Shown in pieces: positions 9,525 to 20,207 of a stretch of DNA of 64,000 nucleotides. The translations under genes were made by a program, and so were the position numbers. Origin of the DNA: Candidatus Neptunichlamydia sp. (GTDB lineage Bacteria; Chlamydiota; Chlamydiia; Chlamydiales; Simkaniaceae). The stretch is from contig OZ247587.1 in the NCBI GenBank assembly GCA_965233865.1, forward strand, positions 1,408,001 through 1,472,000, in the 5' to 3' direction. Below the pieces are notes generated by a model that saw only the letters and a program-made list of their open reading frames with translations, was not told the DNA's origin and searched no databases. How positions within the stretch are numbered: position 1 is the stretch's first letter; every line of letters starts with the position of its first letter.

Positions 9525-10235
9525 ATGGCACCAAAAAAAAGGATACTACTCATTGAAGATGAGGAAGATATCGCTGCGCTAATTAAGCTTCAAGCTGACC
9601 TCTCAGGATATAAACTCCACGTTGAAGTCGATGGAGTGAATGGATATCGAGCCGTTGAAAGGGAAAAACCCGATCTTGTTTTGGTTGACATCATGCTTCC
9701 TGGGCAGAATGGTTTCGATGTGTGCCGAAAAATTAAAAACAACTCAGATCTTAAAAATATCCCCGTGATCATTTTAAGTGCAAAGGGAGAAGAGATCGAT
9801 ATGATTTTAGGGCTCGAACTCGGAGCCGATGACTATGTCAGCAAACCCTTCTCTCCAAAAGTTCTATTTTCACGCATCAAAGCAATACTTAGGAGAGGAA
9901 AAGAGCCAGAAAAGGCGCCTAAACTCCTTTTATTTGGCGACTTTACACTCGATGTCTCCCGTTATCTTCTAAAGAAAAATGGGGAGCCTGTTACAATAAC
10001 CCTTTCAGAGTTTGGAATCTTAAAGCGGCTCCTCATTCAGCAGGGGAAAGTTCTGACGCGAAACCAGCTCCTTAATGATGTCCACAATGACGACGTATTC
10101 ATTGTCGACAGAAACATCGATGTCCATATTGCTTCACTAAGAAAAAAACTGGGCCCCAACTTTAATTGGGTCGAAACCGTTCGTGGAGTTGGATACCGCC
10201 TCCGAGAAAAACCTGTTCCAAGTCATAAGACTTAA
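9525..10235 (+). CDS. OmpR/PhoB-family response regulator
   Basis: LLIEDE, VDIMLP (phospho-Asp), GADDYVSKPF, winged helix DRNIDVHIASLRKK...ETVRGVGY. Confidence 0.95.
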   Translation: MAPKKRILLIEDEEDIAALIKLQADLSGYKLHVEVDGVNGYRAVEREKPDLVLVDIMLPGQNGFDVCRKIKNNSDLKNIPVIILSAKGEEIDMILGLELGADDYVSKPFSPKVLFSRIKAILRRGKEPEKAPKLLLFGDFTLDVSRYLLKKNGEPVTITLSEFGILKRLLIQQGKVLTRNQLLNDVHNDDVFIVDRNIDVHIASLRKKLGPNFNWVETVRGVGYRLREKPVPSHKT

Positions 10236-11468
10236 GTGGCCATTGCACTACGTCGCTCCTTTCAGGCAATACTTTCGGTTCTGTTTCTTGACAACTTAGG
10301 GCTTACAATTGTCTATCCGATCTTTACTCCCCTTGTTCTGAAGCCCATTTACACCTTACTCCCAAGTGAGTACCTTCTTTCAACCCGCTTAATACTATTA
10401 GCCATTCTTATTGCTTCGTTTCCTTTTGCCCAATTTCTTTCTGGTCCTTTTATTGGCCACCTTGCAGATATCAAAGGAAGAAAATTTACCTTAACCCTTG
10501 CACTTATTGGAGAGGGAATAGGATTTCTCCTGACAGGAATAGCCATTCTTCAAATGAACTATCTGTTCCTTCTTTTTGGCCGGGTGTTCACGGGGTTTTT
10601 TGCTGGCAATATGACCATTTGTCTTTCTTCAATATCAGATATGCAGGAGGATAATCAAGGGCGCTCCAAAAACTCTGGAATTGTCTCCAGCGTTGTTGGA
10701 ATCAGCTTCGTTGTCGCAATTGTTATTGGAGGGACGCTGTCAAATGGTAATCTAAATGCATTTTTTAATTCAGCACTTCCCTTCTGGGCTTTAACCTTCT
10801 TTTCCATCATCAACATTATCATTATTCGCCTGCAATTCACCGAAACACATGTTTCTCCTCCAAAGGAAGAGCATTACTTTCGAAATCAACTAAGGGCTCT
10901 AACCTCACTTTTTAAGACAGAGCAACTTGGTTATCTTTACTCCTTATTCTTCTTTTTTATGTTGGGTTGGATCGTTTCTCTCCAATTCCTCTCTTCTTTT
11001 CTTATTGAGCATTTTATTGGGACCAAATTAGCCATCACATTGACTTTCATTGGAGTGGGCCTATCCTGGTGCATCGGAAATATGCTCATTAACAGCCTGA
11101 TTATCCGATACTTGAAAGTTAGAGTCATCTTGTTTTACACCTTGATCCTCTCTTGTATTTGTCTATTTATTGCCTCTGAGACTAACCATTTTCTTGTTTT
11201 TGTTCATTTCATCCTTTTTGGAGCTCTTTTTGCATCTCTTTTCTGGACAAACTGTTTAGCACTCATCACCAGTAAAGCTCCCCCCTATTTACAGGGTAAG
11301 CTCCTAGGATTTAACCAATCTATTGCAACAGTTTCCATGGCTTTCGCCCCTCTATTCGGAGGAATGGTAGGAGAGTTTGACATTCGAACTATTTATCTCT
11401 TTGCAAGCTTCTTGTTATTAATATCAACACTAATATTAATAATATATAATATTAAAAATCGCTTCTAA
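10236..11468 (+). CDS. MFS transporter (TetA/DHA1-like)
   Basis: About 12 TM segments; motif A GHLADIKGRK. Confidence 0.9.
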   Translation: MAIALRRSFQAILSVLFLDNLGLTIVYPIFTPLVLKPIYTLLPSEYLLSTRLILLAILIASFPFAQFLSGPFIGHLADIKGRKFTLTLALIGEGIGFLLTGIAILQMNYLFLLFGRVFTGFFAGNMTICLSSISDMQEDNQGRSKNSGIVSSVVGISFVVAIVIGGTLSNGNLNAFFNSALPFWALTFFSIINIIIIRLQFTETHVSPPKEEHYFRNQLRALTSLFKTEQLGYLYSLFFFFMLGWIVSLQFLSSFLIEHFIGTKLAITLTFIGVGLSWCIGNMLINSLIIRYLKVRVILFYTLILSCICLFIASETNHFLVFVHFILFGALFASLFWTNCLALITSKAPPYLQGKLLGFNQSIATVSMAFAPLFGGMVGEFDIRTIYLFASFLLLISTLILIIYNIKNRF

Positions 11469-11573
11469 TTCTTTGTTAAATGTGATAATTGTCAGATTAG
11501 AAGGAGTTAAGTTTGATCGATTTAATCAATTGACCAAACGGGAACAACGCAATTATCTTAAGAAGAGGCCATT

Positions 11574-12017
11574 ATGAAATCAAAATCTTCAATTCTTATC
11601 CTTGCTGTAGGAGTCGCTCTAATTTCAGGGTGTGAATCAAATACAGGTACTGGCGTCCTTCTCGGAGGTGGAAGCGGAGCTCTTATTGGTGGCCTCGCTG
11701 GTGGTGGAACTGGAACTCTTATTGGAGCTGCAGCTGGTGTCGTTGCCGGGGGACTTGTTGGAGCATATCTTGATAACAAAGAGCAAAAAAACCTTAAAGA
11801 GCAAAGCCCACAGACCTACAGACGTGTTGATAATGGAGGAAAGCTCAGCGTTAATGACGTAATCAACCTATCGAAAGCTGATATTGATGACGATAAGGTT
11901 ATTGGGCTCATTCAGAAAACGAATAGTCACTATACTCTCAACAGTTATCAGATCGATAAGCTAAGAGATGCTGGTGTTTCTGAACACGTTATTAATTACA
12001 TGATGTACAACACCTAA
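11574..12017 (+). CDS. Glycine-zipper outer-membrane lipoprotein
   Basis: Lipobox LISGC followed by GxxxG repeats (GVLLGGGSGALIGGLAGG...). Confidence 0.85.
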   Translation: MKSKSSILILAVGVALISGCESNTGTGVLLGGGSGALIGGLAGGGTGTLIGAAAGVVAGGLVGAYLDNKEQKNLKEQSPQTYRRVDNGGKLSVNDVINLSKADIDDDKVIGLIQKTNSHYTLNSYQIDKLRDAGVSEHVINYMMYNT

Positions 12018-12154
12018 AAAACCTATCGAAGAGTACCTTTGGCGCTCTTTCAATTTGAAAAAGTTACGTGGGTGTTAGAGATAGTACTTGAACTAAATAC
12101 AGAAAGTTGGGATAAGTACATTCTGAGACTTTCTTCAGCTTTTGGCACACATAT

Positions 12155-13165
12155 ATGAGCGTTAATGAGATAAAGAGTGACACCTTTTGGCGGTTTAACC
12201 ATGAAGGATTCCACAAGAATGTGGAATCTAACTGTTCGACAGGCATCAAGCAATTTAAGAAAATTGTTCGCTCCTATGTCTTCTTTCATTTATTCTTTTT
12301 AGGATTACTTACAGCCGAAGTCATTGCCTTTTTCTTCTTCTTAACACTGCTGTTTCAAACCTCTCTCATTGCTTTTTCTCTTGCAGCAATCCTACTTACC
12401 GGCTTTGCCTATCTTATTCTCCTTTTCTATTTTCAGACAAAAAAACCTGAACAATTTCTGGAGCTAAGAAACTTTTTTATGCTCCTTTGCAAAAAGGGCC
12501 TTCCTAAAAACATTCTCTGCTCTGAATATCATCTCTCTCTAGCAAATGCTGCCTACCGCTTTGCCGCCCACCTTAGTAAGAATGAAATGATTTTCCACCC
12601 TTTGCCTGAAAAAATAAGCTCTTTTAACCAGGTGATGCGAAAAGTTACCCACCTCTGTCACAAAAATGATATCAAACGGATGAAAGAGGTTCTCTATCTT
12701 GTTTCGATTAGCGAACATATTCAACTCATAAAAAATGTACCAACGAATCTTGAAGCACATGCCTCACTCGCTAATGCTTACGTGGCACTTTCACGCCTTT
12801 ATAAGGCCCAGGGCACTTCCAAAGAAAAGTTTGAAGTTGCTGCTGAAAAAGCGATTCAAGAGTTTAAAATTATCGACCATTATTCCCCAGAAGACCCCTG
12901 GGTACATGCTCAGCTAGCTTCCTGCTACCACGACTTAAGAATGCATAAGGAAGAAATTACCGAGTACGAAACTATTTTGAAACTTTGTCCTGAAGACAAA
13001 CAAATCCTTTTTCGCCTTGGCATCCTTTGCTTTCAGCAGGGAGAAAATGCTCGCGGTCTCCAAATCTATGAACAACTAAAAGAGATGCAGTTCTCGCGCG
13101 TAGACGAACTCATCGACTTTTACGACGCCAACATCAAGCAAGAATATTTCATTAGCTCTCTTTAG
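12155..13165 (+). CDS. Membrane-anchored TPR protein
   Basis: Two N-terminal TM helices; TPR motifs (EAHASLANAY, PWVHAQLASCY, ILFRLGILCF). Confidence 0.8.
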   Translation: MSVNEIKSDTFWRFNHEGFHKNVESNCSTGIKQFKKIVRSYVFFHLFFLGLLTAEVIAFFFFLTLLFQTSLIAFSLAAILLTGFAYLILLFYFQTKKPEQFLELRNFFMLLCKKGLPKNILCSEYHLSLANAAYRFAAHLSKNEMIFHPLPEKISSFNQVMRKVTHLCHKNDIKRMKEVLYLVSISEHIQLIKNVPTNLEAHASLANAYVALSRLYKAQGTSKEKFEVAAEKAIQEFKIIDHYSPEDPWVHAQLASCYHDLRMHKEEITEYETILKLCPEDKQILFRLGILCFQQGENARGLQIYEQLKEMQFSRVDELIDFYDANIKQEYFISSL

Positions 13166-13251
13166 ATGAACTTAAACCACTATAATACAGTGAATAGATC
13201 TCACTTTGGGGTAATAGGTTAGAAGACTTACACCATACCAAAACGAAGTGT

Positions 13252-13279
13252 TTGATAAATATCTGACGGTGAGTATAAT
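13252..13279 (+). promoter_or_regulatory. Putative promoter for the TPR-VWA-rsmD operon
   Basis: TTGATA, 16-nt spacer, TATAAT about 80 nt upstream of ATG 13358. Confidence 0.45.
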
Positions 13280-13357
13280 CAAAAAATACTTCGATAGGAA
13301 ATCGCCTTTCCTTTATGGGTAGGACTTGCGCAACATAATTGATAGGGACAAACGGAT

Positions 13358-16195
13358 ATGTTTAAATCTAAATATCGTAATTGCTTCATTCTCGGTATAT
13401 CATTATTCAGCCTCATCGCTATGCAGGCTACAGCTAAAGAATCTGTTAAACCAACGCAAGTTCAATCGGATGAAGAAGCATTTCTAATCCGCCGCATTGC
13501 AGAGTTTTGGAAAGATGGTGACTTTGCAATTGTAAAGATACAAATCATCGACTTTTTGGATCACTATCCAAATAGTGATCTTTCCGAATACTTTCTGGGA
13601 ATCTTAGGAGATATCTATCTCCAGGAAAACCAATATGAACGTGCCCTTTCGAAGTATCAGCTGGTGCTAGATAAGGAAATCAGAGAAAAAATCCTGATCA
13701 ACAAATTGCAATGCTATTACGAACTTGATCAATACGGAGAACTGGCAGAAGATGGTCGTCCCTTTCTATCTAGCCAAGTTCCTGAAATTGTAGATCGAAA
13801 AGATGAGCTCTATTTTTTAATGGGTGAAGCGCTCTTTAGACAAGCTCTAAAAGAGGATGAAAGTTCTTATAAACAAGAGCTGGCAAGTGAAGCTCGTGGA
13901 CATTATGAATGTCTTCCACAAGGACAATATGGAAAAATTTCAGAGTTTGCCCTTGCCGAAATTGCTGCAATCCTTGGAGATTATGAAAAGGGAGCAGAAG
14001 CTTATCGAGCCCTCGCAGAAAAACATCCTGAAATGGCTGAAGATCTTCTCTTCCAAGTCGCCTCTTTGGAAGCACATTACAACAAATTAGGTGCTGCTGA
14101 AACCTTCCGAAAAGTAAAAAACATTGAAGGAAAGAGAAAGCATGAGGCTACCTTTAACCTCATGGTTATCTTATTTCAAAATGCAGAGTACGAAGAAATT
14201 CTTTCTACATACAGAGAAGTGGCGCCAAGTGTCCCAGAACTATTCCAACCTACCTTCAATTTTATTGTTGGAAAAAGTTTTTTCTCATCAGGAGATTTCC
14301 AGAATGCTGCAAAGCCTCTTCAGGAGTACATCAATTCGACCTTTATCCCTTCTGATCAGCTGAAAAACGCCCTTCTGATTCAAATGACCTGCGCTCACCA
14401 AACAAACAATGAATCGCTTTTTAGTGACTCTTTTGAAAAGCTTGACACGTTATTTCCAAATGACCAAGAGATTCCTAAAGCTCTATTTATGCATGCAATG
14501 ATTCTAAAAGAACAAGGCGCCATTAGCCAAGCTGATGAAAAACTAAAAATGATTAAAGATAATTATCCAGCCTTTGAAGACCAGGAAATTTTTGTCTTCG
14601 AGTATGGCCTTTTCGCTCACCAAAATCAGCGATGGAAAGAAAGTTATGAATCTTTCAAAAACTATATTTCAATATATGATGAGAGTTCTCGCGTCAATGC
14701 TGCTTGGAAACTTTATCTATCTTCTGCAATCAACCTCTATAAGCATGGTGGAGAAAATGTCCATTACACCAAGTCTCAATTTTTTACAGACTTACAAGCT
14801 GTCCTAAATCACTCAGATTACTTAAGTGATAAGGAAATAATAGATTATGCTCTTCTTTATGCAAAGACTGCTTATGAGCTCGACTATTACGCTGACGCAC
14901 TTTGTTGCCTGCAAGACCACATTTTTACTAAACTGGAAGAAAACGAAAACACCTCATCACTTGCAGAGGCTCACTTCATTGCGGGGCTCTGCCACGCTGA
15001 AATTCAGTCAGATCATTCGGCCTTCTGCATGCATTTAGAGCAAGCAATGGCTCTTAATCCAGATCTTTACGACTCAGGACCTACGCATTTGCAGCTTTAT
15101 AATGCTTACATTTCTCTTGCAGGTTATGGAGAGATGAGCGGTATCCCGTCAGATGGACAACAACAAAAAAAAATTGTTGACTATGCAGCAGAACATCTTC
15201 AGGAAGCTGTCTCTAAAGGTGGAATTACAATCAAAGACGAAAACCGCCTTTGGTTAGCAAACTATTATTATCAAAAAATACAGGAATGCAACGCGAGTGA
15301 CATTGACAATCATCCTGAAGTAACAAATGCGATTGACCGCGCCTCTAACCATTATCAAAAACTATTGATGAAAGGCGGACACCTAGTTGAGATGACTGCT
15401 GACAACCTCCATCTAGAATATGAAGTGGTCAAGCTTTCTAAGCTGCTTGAATATCAAAATTTTCAAACACAAAAACTTGTGCTTATCAAAGCCCTTTTGC
15501 AACAGCAAAGTGAGAAGCCTGAACTAAACTGGTCATCTCAAAAAGATGCCCTTTATGAGCTTGCAACTGTCTACTATACTTTGGGAGAAAAAGAAAAGGC
15601 TTTTGAAACATACAGTTTCATTCATTCACAGGCCCACCATTTTCCTTCTTCGCTTGCAAGTAATGCGGCGTTAGAAGCTGCTCGACTTCACTTTGACCTC
15701 CTTGAAGACGGGCTTCGAAGTGAAACGAATGAAGAGGTTCTTGGAATATTAAATGACTTGAAAGAACTTCAGATCCGTAAGAATGCCTTTTCAGAGCCTA
15801 CGCATTTAGAAGCTGCTCTTGAGTATGCAAAAATCCGTTCTGTCATCTCCAATCCTGAAGAACAAGATTCACGTTATTTCTTCTTTTTAAGCCGCATTCA
15901 GGACGACTTTAACTCGCAAGAAGATCTTGTTACACAGGATTATTTAGTCAATCTGAATCAAAACTCCAAGAAAAAACTGATTTTTGATGCATACATGAAG
16001 TTTATCGATGCTGAAAAATTTCGCCTTGAAGCAAAAAAGCATTATAAGAATGAAAGGCATGGTGAAATGGAAGAGCTCCATGAAGATGCATTAACACTCT
16101 ATAGCGAACTAAAAAACGACTCCAATACACCTAGGGATCTCTATGATAGGACGCTAAGTAGTATTCATGAGATCAATGCATTAGTTGCATATTAA
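13358..16195 (+). CDS. Large exported TPR-repeat protein
   Basis: Signal peptide (…SLIAMQATA); many TPR-like helical repeats (FLDHYPNS, YFLMGEALF, ALFMHAMIL). Confidence 0.8.
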   Translation: MFKSKYRNCFILGISLFSLIAMQATAKESVKPTQVQSDEEAFLIRRIAEFWKDGDFAIVKIQIIDFLDHYPNSDLSEYFLGILGDIYLQENQYERALSKYQLVLDKEIREKILINKLQCYYELDQYGELAEDGRPFLSSQVPEIVDRKDELYFLMGEALFRQALKEDESSYKQELASEARGHYECLPQGQYGKISEFALAEIAAILGDYEKGAEAYRALAEKHPEMAEDLLFQVASLEAHYNKLGAAETFRKVKNIEGKRKHEATFNLMVILFQNAEYEEILSTYREVAPSVPELFQPTFNFIVGKSFFSSGDFQNAAKPLQEYINSTFIPSDQLKNALLIQMTCAHQTNNESLFSDSFEKLDTLFPNDQEIPKALFMHAMILKEQGAISQADEKLKMIKDNYPAFEDQEIFVFEYGLFAHQNQRWKESYESFKNYISIYDESSRVNAAWKLYLSSAINLYKHGGENVHYTKSQFFTDLQAVLNHSDYLSDKEIIDYALLYAKTAYELDYYADALCCLQDHIFTKLEENENTSSLAEAHFIAGLCHAEIQSDHSAFCMHLEQAMALNPDLYDSGPTHLQLYNAYISLAGYGEMSGIPSDGQQQKKIVDYAAEHLQEAVSKGGITIKDENRLWLANYYYQKIQECNASDIDNHPEVTNAIDRASNHYQKLLMKGGHLVEMTADNLHLEYEVVKLSKLLEYQNFQTQKLVLIKALLQQQSEKPELNWSSQKDALYELATVYYTLGEKEKAFETYSFIHSQAHHFPSSLASNAALEAARLHFDLLEDGLRSETNEEVLGILNDLKELQIRKNAFSEPTHLEAALEYAKIRSVISNPEEQDSRYFFFLSRIQDDFNSQEDLVTQDYLVNLNQNSKKKLIFDAYMKFIDAEKFRLEAKKHYKNERHGEMEELHEDALTLYSELKNDSNTPRDLYDRTLSSIHEINALVAY

Positions 16196-16216
16196 TCATA
16201 TTAGAAGAGACAAATC

Positions 16217-19200
16217 ATGGGAAAGTATTCCTCCTCTTCAGCTCAAAGCAAGTCTCTTTTCTTTCTCTCTCTTGTGGCATCGCTTACACTACATGCGGGA
16301 GGAGTCTATTTTTTGTTGCGGCATCCCCCCTCTTTTTTAACAGCAAGAGAGCTTCCAACCGCTGAGCACCTCATGAAGAAAGAAGGCATCATAGATCATG
16401 CAGCCCATGAAGCCTTCCAAAATCTCGTTATTCGAGAGGATCAGGATAGTCAACTTCCTTCTCCAAGAAGTGCTCCGAGCCTCGAGTCAGGAAAAATCCC
16501 TTTTATCGTGACAGAGCTAGACATTTCCTTAACCTACCCTGAAAAGAAACAAGAAAAACTAAACCTTGATATTACTGCCTATGCTCCTCAATTGTTTGAA
16601 AATCCTTGGATTACCTCCAAAAGCTCTCCTTTCCGAGATACAAAAGAAGTTACCTTTAATTACGTGATTGCCAAAAACTCTTCAGAAGAGTTAGCACTAA
16701 CCCCCTATATCGAGGGAAAAAAAACTGATGAAAATTTAAGTCCGCCTTTTACCGAAGAAAAAGAGGAAAAAAGGAATTTTCTTTCAGAAAATCTATCTTT
16801 AAATCACCAAGAAGAAAAGTACCCTTCTACAGTCCCTTTTGCCTTTGATCATCCAAAGGAATCTTCAAAGCTAATTGACCGAAACATTCTTCTTAAAAAA
16901 CATTCGACAGATGTACCCCTCTCTTTAAAACATCCCAAAACACAACTTCAATCCTCTCAACGTAAGCAGGAGAGAAATACAGAACTTGCTAGAATACCCC
17001 CGAGGGTAGAGGAAAATCAGAAGTTCATCTTTGATACAGAAAGTTATTCCTATTATTTTGACTACAAGTCAGAAACACCTATCTATCCTTTTCTTCTTAA
17101 GGAAGCGATCGAGGAAAAGTTTATCGCGTCTTCCTTAGCTCATAAGAAATGGACCGGTGTGGGTGATCCTTCTTTTACAATCCACACATTCAGCTCACTT
17201 AGTTGGGCTGATGTCAGCCAACTAAATGAAAAAAGAGCTGAGATAGTGTGGACTCCGTCCCAAGAAGGGTTTAATGGTGAGTGGTCATTTCAGATCACTC
17301 CGCCTACAGTTGATATCTCTGCATCATCCATGATTCCTGAATTCAAAGAACTGCAGATGAGTGTTGCTACTGAGGAAAGAAGGATCTACTGTGCTCCAAA
17401 AACTCCACTATCTAATCAAAAACTTGCTCAACAAAAATTTACCCCCAAACCCTATCTTGATATATGGAAGACTGAAGAAGAACGCTTAGAAGTTGTTTAT
17501 GTTCCTGAAAAAGAAGGTGTTTATCCAGATCCAACAAGGTATTCTCTTCCAAATGGTCCAACAATTACGGTTGAACTCGGGAATACTGTTTTTTGCTTCA
17601 CACTAACCCCCTCATTTGACCTTTTCATATCCGAAGATGGAATCACACCTCCCAAAAAGATGCAAAAGTTCGTTGCTAGCAACCTTGAAGTTGAACACCA
17701 CTATTTTCCAAGTGAACCCTTTGAATCCCTTGCAAGTGCCCGGCCCTCTCCTCAGCTTGAATCCTCCACAGCACCTACGTTTAAAGAAGATAGCTTTACT
17801 CTACAATCTCCCTATGAACTCTCACCTTCTACCTTTTACTTTCCCAAAGAAGAACTTAAAGAAGAACTTCCAATAGTTGCTGGTAAGATGATTTTTCCAG
17901 AGGGGAAAACTAGCCCTTCAAGGATGAATTTTGAATTACAAGCTCACCTTTCTACTCATCTGCTCCCTGAGGACCGAAGAGATACTCAACAGCCTTCTAT
18001 TGAACATGTTGTTCCCTCTCTATCTGAGAAATCTATCGCTCTTGATTCCAACAAATACCCTCCTTCTAGCCCCCTAGATCTAAAGATAGACCAACCCCTT
18101 GCTCTCCAACTTCAAGAGAAAAAATCTGCCTTTGAAAAGCAGATAGAAAAAGAGCTTACAAGCATTAATTTGAAAAGCCTTTCCTTACCCAATATCAAGG
18201 ATAAGCGTGTCACTCCTCATCTAAGCTCGAAGCAGATTGCTCCAAGGAAGCATCCTACAACGCCTCAAAAGGCATTTGAAGATTTGCCAGTGCAAAGTAC
18301 CATTGCCGACCTCGCTAGTAGAGATATAAAATATCCTAATAGAAAAAAACTCATTGAAAATGATTATGCGCCCTCCAAAATACCCTCCGATGTTTCAATT
18401 ACCTCAGCCTCTATCGAAAAACCAGACATAGACATGATCCACTCTCAAGCAAAAGAGATATTGGAAGATTACAATCAAGAAAATGGCGTTCCTTCAGATG
18501 GCATTGCCTTGGCAGAACCTGAAATTCAAGGAAGTGTTAGCGAGACCGAAGTCCGATCCTTGAATCAGTCCAATCGCTTTACTCAAAATTTCTTAACAGA
18601 AATCCCCCATCCCTCCTATTTAGAAACTGTAACATACAGGGAAGAGTTTGATACTCAGGTTCATTACTCAAGAAGAGAAGATGGAAAGGGCTACCTCTTT
18701 GCTATAAAAATGAAGGCAAAACCTTCTCTTCATTTTCCCTCACCTCATCAAAACTTCATCTTTGTTATTGATGGATCCAGCAGCATAAAGAAGCACCGTT
18801 TTGGTGTTTTTAAAGAGGGTGTCAGCCGCTCACTTGGATACTTAAAGGAAGGCGACTCTTTTAATATCCTTGTTGCCGATGCAGAATTAATTCCATTTAG
18901 TAAAACTTCTGTAGCATGGAACCACCAGAGCAGAGAACAAGCAAACCACTTTTTATATGATCGAACATACCGCGGATTTTTCATCAATTATGATTCATTT
19001 GATCTGCTATCAAGCGTCACCAAATATCTTGATCCAGAAAAAGAAAATGTCATTGTCATGATTACTGACGGGCATTCGTTTCAAAATTTTAAAGCCCATA
19101 AGGAAGATTTCCAAAAGCTTGCACAAGCAAGTAAAGGCCGCTTCTCTGTGCACACCGCAACCGCAAGTAGTGACAACAACCTCACAATGCTCGACCTCCT

Positions 19201-19660
19201 TAGCACCTTTAATAATGGCGAACTTATGTACTCAAAAACGCATGCTGCTTTTTCAAGACAGCTCGCTATTATGGTAAAACACATCGAAAAATTAGTTGCT
19301 AAAGATGTCCAGATTCATGTCATCGACGTGAAACAAGAAACAGGAATCGAATTCTACCCCAATCAACACTCCTTTCCAGCTCTTTACGCTGACCGTGCAT
19401 ATACTATTTATGGAACCATTGACGATCTCAAAGATTTCGACCTGATCCTTCAAGGGCGCTGTGGAGATAAATGGGTGAATATTAAGCAACACATTTCATT
19501 TAAACACGCTGAGAAAGCCTCTAATACGATCAAACGTAGCTTTGCTCTTCAGAGGGCTTACGTCTGTTACGATTACTATCTCAAAAAGAATGATCCTTTC
19601 TTTCTAGCAGAAGCTGAGCGCATCTTAAACCCTCATGCAATTCCCACAGCAACCCAATGA
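16217..19660 (+). CDS. Membrane-anchored protein with long P/E/S-rich spacer and C-terminal VWA domain
   Basis: TM LSLVASLTLHAGG; MIDAS-like FVIDGSSSI and IVMITDG near the C-terminus. Confidence 0.8.
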   Translation: MGKYSSSSAQSKSLFFLSLVASLTLHAGGVYFLLRHPPSFLTARELPTAEHLMKKEGIIDHAAHEAFQNLVIREDQDSQLPSPRSAPSLESGKIPFIVTELDISLTYPEKKQEKLNLDITAYAPQLFENPWITSKSSPFRDTKEVTFNYVIAKNSSEELALTPYIEGKKTDENLSPPFTEEKEEKRNFLSENLSLNHQEEKYPSTVPFAFDHPKESSKLIDRNILLKKHSTDVPLSLKHPKTQLQSSQRKQERNTELARIPPRVEENQKFIFDTESYSYYFDYKSETPIYPFLLKEAIEEKFIASSLAHKKWTGVGDPSFTIHTFSSLSWADVSQLNEKRAEIVWTPSQEGFNGEWSFQITPPTVDISASSMIPEFKELQMSVATEERRIYCAPKTPLSNQKLAQQKFTPKPYLDIWKTEEERLEVVYVPEKEGVYPDPTRYSLPNGPTITVELGNTVFCFTLTPSFDLFISEDGITPPKKMQKFVASNLEVEHHYFPSEPFESLASARPSPQLESSTAPTFKEDSFTLQSPYELSPSTFYFPKEELKEELPIVAGKMIFPEGKTSPSRMNFELQAHLSTHLLPEDRRDTQQPSIEHVVPSLSEKSIALDSNKYPPSSPLDLKIDQPLALQLQEKKSAFEKQIEKELTSINLKSLSLPNIKDKRVTPHLSSKQIAPRKHPTTPQKAFEDLPVQSTIADLASRDIKYPNRKKLIENDYAPSKIPSDVSITSASIEKPDIDMIHSQAKEILEDYNQENGVPSDGIALAEPEIQGSVSETEVRSLNQSNRFTQNFLTEIPHPSYLETVTYREEFDTQVHYSRREDGKGYLFAIKMKAKPSLHFPSPHQNFIFVIDGSSSIKKHRFGVFKEGVSRSLGYLKEGDSFNILVADAELIPFSKTSVAWNHQSREQANHFLYDRTYRGFFINYDSFDLLSSVTKYLDPEKENVIVMITDGHSFQNFKAHKEDFQKLAQASKGRFSVHTATASSDNNLTMLDLLSTFNNGELMYSKTHAAFSRQLAIMVKHIEKLVAKDVQIHVIDVKQETGIEFYPNQHSFPALYADRAYTIYGTIDDLKDFDLILQGRCGDKWVNIKQHISFKHAEKASNTIKRSFALQRAYVCYDYYLKKNDPFFLAEAERILNPHAIPTATQ

Positions 19661-20202
19661 GAATCACCGGCGGCTTTTTAAAAAACCAGTCTCTAAAAAC
19701 CCCTAAGGGGAGTGCAACGCGTCCCACTTCCGAGAAACTTCGACAATCTGTTTTTAATATTTGCCAGCACCATATCGAAAAGGCTCAATTTCTCGACCTT
19801 TTTGCAGGATCAGGAGCCATTGGAATTGAGGCTTTGAGTCGGGGAGCCACGGAGGCAACCTTCATAGAGAAAAACCCTTTGGCCATAAAAACTCTTCGCG
19901 AAAACTTAAATGATCTTGATCTTTCTCCATTCTCCACCCTCTACGCAGGAGATGTATTTACTCTTATCCATAAGTTGAAAGGGAAGTCATTTGACCTGAT
20001 TTACATCGATCCCCCTTACGAAAAAAAACTCGCAGAAAAAGCTCTAGCCTTAGTCGATTCTCTTCATCTCCTACATGTAGGGGGCCTCCTCCTCCTTGAA
20101 GAGAGTGGAAATAAAGAGCTTGTCTTTCCTGAGCTAACTCACTTGAAAGTAAAAAAGAAAAGGAAGATGGGAAGCACCTTCCTTTACGAAATTATTAGAT
20201 AG
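19657..20202 (+). CDS. rsmD: 16S rRNA m2G966 methyltransferase
   Basis: MRITGG, RPTSEKLR, LDLFAGSGAIGIEALSRGA and IDPPY motifs. Confidence 0.95.
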   Translation: MRITGGFLKNQSLKTPKGSATRPTSEKLRQSVFNICQHHIEKAQFLDLFAGSGAIGIEALSRGATEATFIEKNPLAIKTLRENLNDLDLSPFSTLYAGDVFTLIHKLKGKSFDLIYIDPPYEKKLAEKALALVDSLHLLHVGGLLLLEESGNKELVFPELTHLKVKKKRKMGSTFLYEIIR

Positions 20203-20207
20203 TGTTG

